Shown: positions 62,015 to 64,000 of the stretch, in pieces
Numbering within the stretch: position 1 is the stretch's first letter
Layout: each line of letters starts with the position of its first letter
Assembly (NCBI GenBank): GCA_010015805.1
Contig: ML978131.1
Span: forward strand, 62,001-126,000
Reading direction: 5' to 3'
DNA length: 64,000 nt
DNA from: Rhizodiscina lignyota
Taxonomy: Eukaryota
Translations under genes and position numbers: made by a program
Notes under the pieces: model-generated
Database searches by the model: none
The model's input: the letters and a program-made list of their open reading frames with translations, nothing else
Told to the model about the DNA's origin: nothing

Positions 62015-63204
62015 TATGCTGAATATGCGGTTGTGAAAATGTGGTGCGGGGGTATCGCAACGAGTGTTCGATAGGGTGACGTGACCGGGTTACTCTACTG
62101 TCTCAAGTAGAGGAAGTAGCGAAGGTCCAAGGACCGTGTCCAAGCGCGTCTGCCTCTTGAACTGCTGCAGTCAAATCAAGGTAGAGCCTCAAGACCAGGC
62201 AGGCGTGTTTTGAAACGATGGTTTGTGGCCGATCCAGTCACAGCGATCGTGTGGTCGCGCTGACGGTATGGCGATTTCCCAGCAGACTGGCGAATCGTGC
62301 TTCTGTTTCGTGTCTTATGAGTCCAGAGAGCGATTTGAAGCTTCCGTAGACGATTATGGAACCAAGAGGCCCAGTTGCAGTCGCGTGTTGAATTAAAAGT
62401 GGTTGGATATCAGAATCTGCCGTGTCAGGGGTAGCAGGAGGCTCGTGGCGAGTCGAACGTCTCCTAAAGCGATTGACGGCTACCACGCAGATCGGACTAC
62501 TAAACGAATGTACAAAGAATCAGTATAAACAAGACGAAGGTGAGAAGGCGAGATGGACAGTTTGCGTGGAATGCAGGACTGCTTCAAGGCGCCACAGGAA
62601 TGGAAGAGCACGAGGGCCAAGGCGCGGGAGACGCAACCTTAAGCTGTGACCGCGCCCCGTGCGCTATCGCTGCACCAAAGCCGACCACCGCTGCGGCCAG
62701 CCCGGAAAGGCAGCTGGGGGCAAGGCCCTTACTCGCTAGACCAGGCCCCTTTGGGATTATCAATAAAAAAATACGCGCGGATACGAGCGCCATCACATAG
62801 AAAAAGAACGGTTCCAGAAGTTTTGTTGAATTCCTCTCTCCGCGCTGGTGGAAACATAAACGAACCGTCGATCGTTTGGCCGATGACACGCAGTGCCCAG
62901 CTGTTTCACATTATTTCCGATTAGGTCAGGCTCACAACAGACGAGGGACCCAAGTATAGACACGGAGCAGATCTGCGGCGAGGAGGACACCAAGCAATGT
63001 ACGGATCGAGGCTCAAGAATGTCAGAGGTATGTAGGGCTGCATATGGCATATGGGGGACGTAATTGTACGCGTTGTGAATGTTTTGCATTCTTTAGTGCT
63101 ATTTCTTTGTAAGTCTGCTTTGGATATGCATAAGCGGACGCATCCAATACTCATCCCGTCCACAAATACCCATCCTCAGCCTCAATTGCAGGACACTGGT
63201 GAGA

Positions 63205-64000
63205 CTAAAATCGGCGCTTCTTCTTCGCTGGCGCCTGAGCTTTTGCCTCGAGCTGCCTCTTCAGCTCCTCTCGCTTTCTGTCTGCTCTCTCTTGAGACGA
63301 CTCGCGCGGCACATCTGGTGCCAGAGTCTGCTCGTTTTGAGTGGCCTTCGCACCTGGCTTTTCAGAGTTTCTGTTAAGCTCTATTTCGGTCGTTGGCAGG
63401 ACGTTCGATTGTCGTGCTTCTGAAGTTTTTGGTGGTGTAGATTTCTTGCCCCCAATCTTACCAAGGACTTTCTTGGGTGTAGTAGGTTGAGCACTTGGCT
63501 CTGGTGTCTGTGATTTCGCTGCCTTTCCTCCAATAATACCGAGCTTACGTTTCGCCTGTATCTTTGTTGCAGGCGCAGGCTTTGGAGCGTCTTCGGTGTC
63601 CTGATTCTCGTCATCAATACCAGCACCGTGTTGGGGAGCCGATTCTAGAAAACCTAGGTCTTGAGCTGGAGTCTTTTCCCGAGACCCTCCAATCCGACCA
63701 AGCTTTTTCTTTGACGACAAAGGCGGAGACTTGCGCGGACTAGTTCGAGGTGGTTGTATCTTGGGCTTGATGGGCTTCACAACCGCGTCTAAGTCATCGT
63801 CCTCTGTCTCTGTCTCTGATCCATCGTCCTTCGGGGCTGCCGCTCCATTGGACTTTGCTGGATCACTGGCACCGTTCAAATTATCTTGTTTTGCTTGTCT
63901 AATAGCAGGAGGGGTTGCTTGACGCTTATAAGGACTGTCAGCATGCTTAAATCGCGAGGTATAGACAAGAGCTTACCTGAAACTCTGAAGTATCGACCGC
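63205..64000 (-). CDS. C-terminal part of a nuclear protein, possibly XLF/Nej1 (NHEJ) family; continues beyond the window
   Basis: Disordered tail with repeated KLG(R/I/K)IGG motifs, ending RADRKREELKRQLEAKAQAPAKKKRRF*; resembles my recollection of filamentous-fungal XLF tails; the diagnostic domain is not in the window. Confidence 0.5.

Overview
A gene-dense 64-kb segment of a filamentous ascomycete (Pezizomycotina, probably Dothideomycete-like; inferred from short GT-AG introns with CTRAC branch points and the gene content). About 28 protein-coding genes can be reconstructed: a DJ-1/PfpI tail, a divergent purine-cytosine permease/guanine deaminase pair, a DSBA-like protein, RPL34, PRP8, a mitochondrial Bax-inhibitor-1 family gene, a SAM methyltransferase, a head-to-head YNG2/HOS2 pair, an FAD monooxygenase, an aldo-keto reductase, three clustered Myb/SANT regulators, an allantoate-type MFS permease, DOM34, an NDUFAF3-like gene, two GPI cell-wall proteins and several orphans. 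The most unusual features are: (1) a 363-nt PRP8 intron 13 nt from the canonical PRP8 intein insertion site, largely filled by a 55-bp hairpin-forming tandem array; (2) a transposon-rich patch at 14.4-17.1 kb, with a hAT-type MITE (8-bp TSD) and inverted copies of a CAC/CAA-ended MITE bracketing the Bax-inhibitor gene; (3) three Myb genes separated by long non-coding spacers; (4) an intronless 1072-aa secreted toxin/effector-like orphan flanked by tandem repeats; (5) a PTS2 motif in an upstream in-frame extension of the aldo-keto reductase. No tRNA, rRNA or CRISPR was recognised. Exon boundaries were read by eye and family calls come from motif recognition, not database searches.
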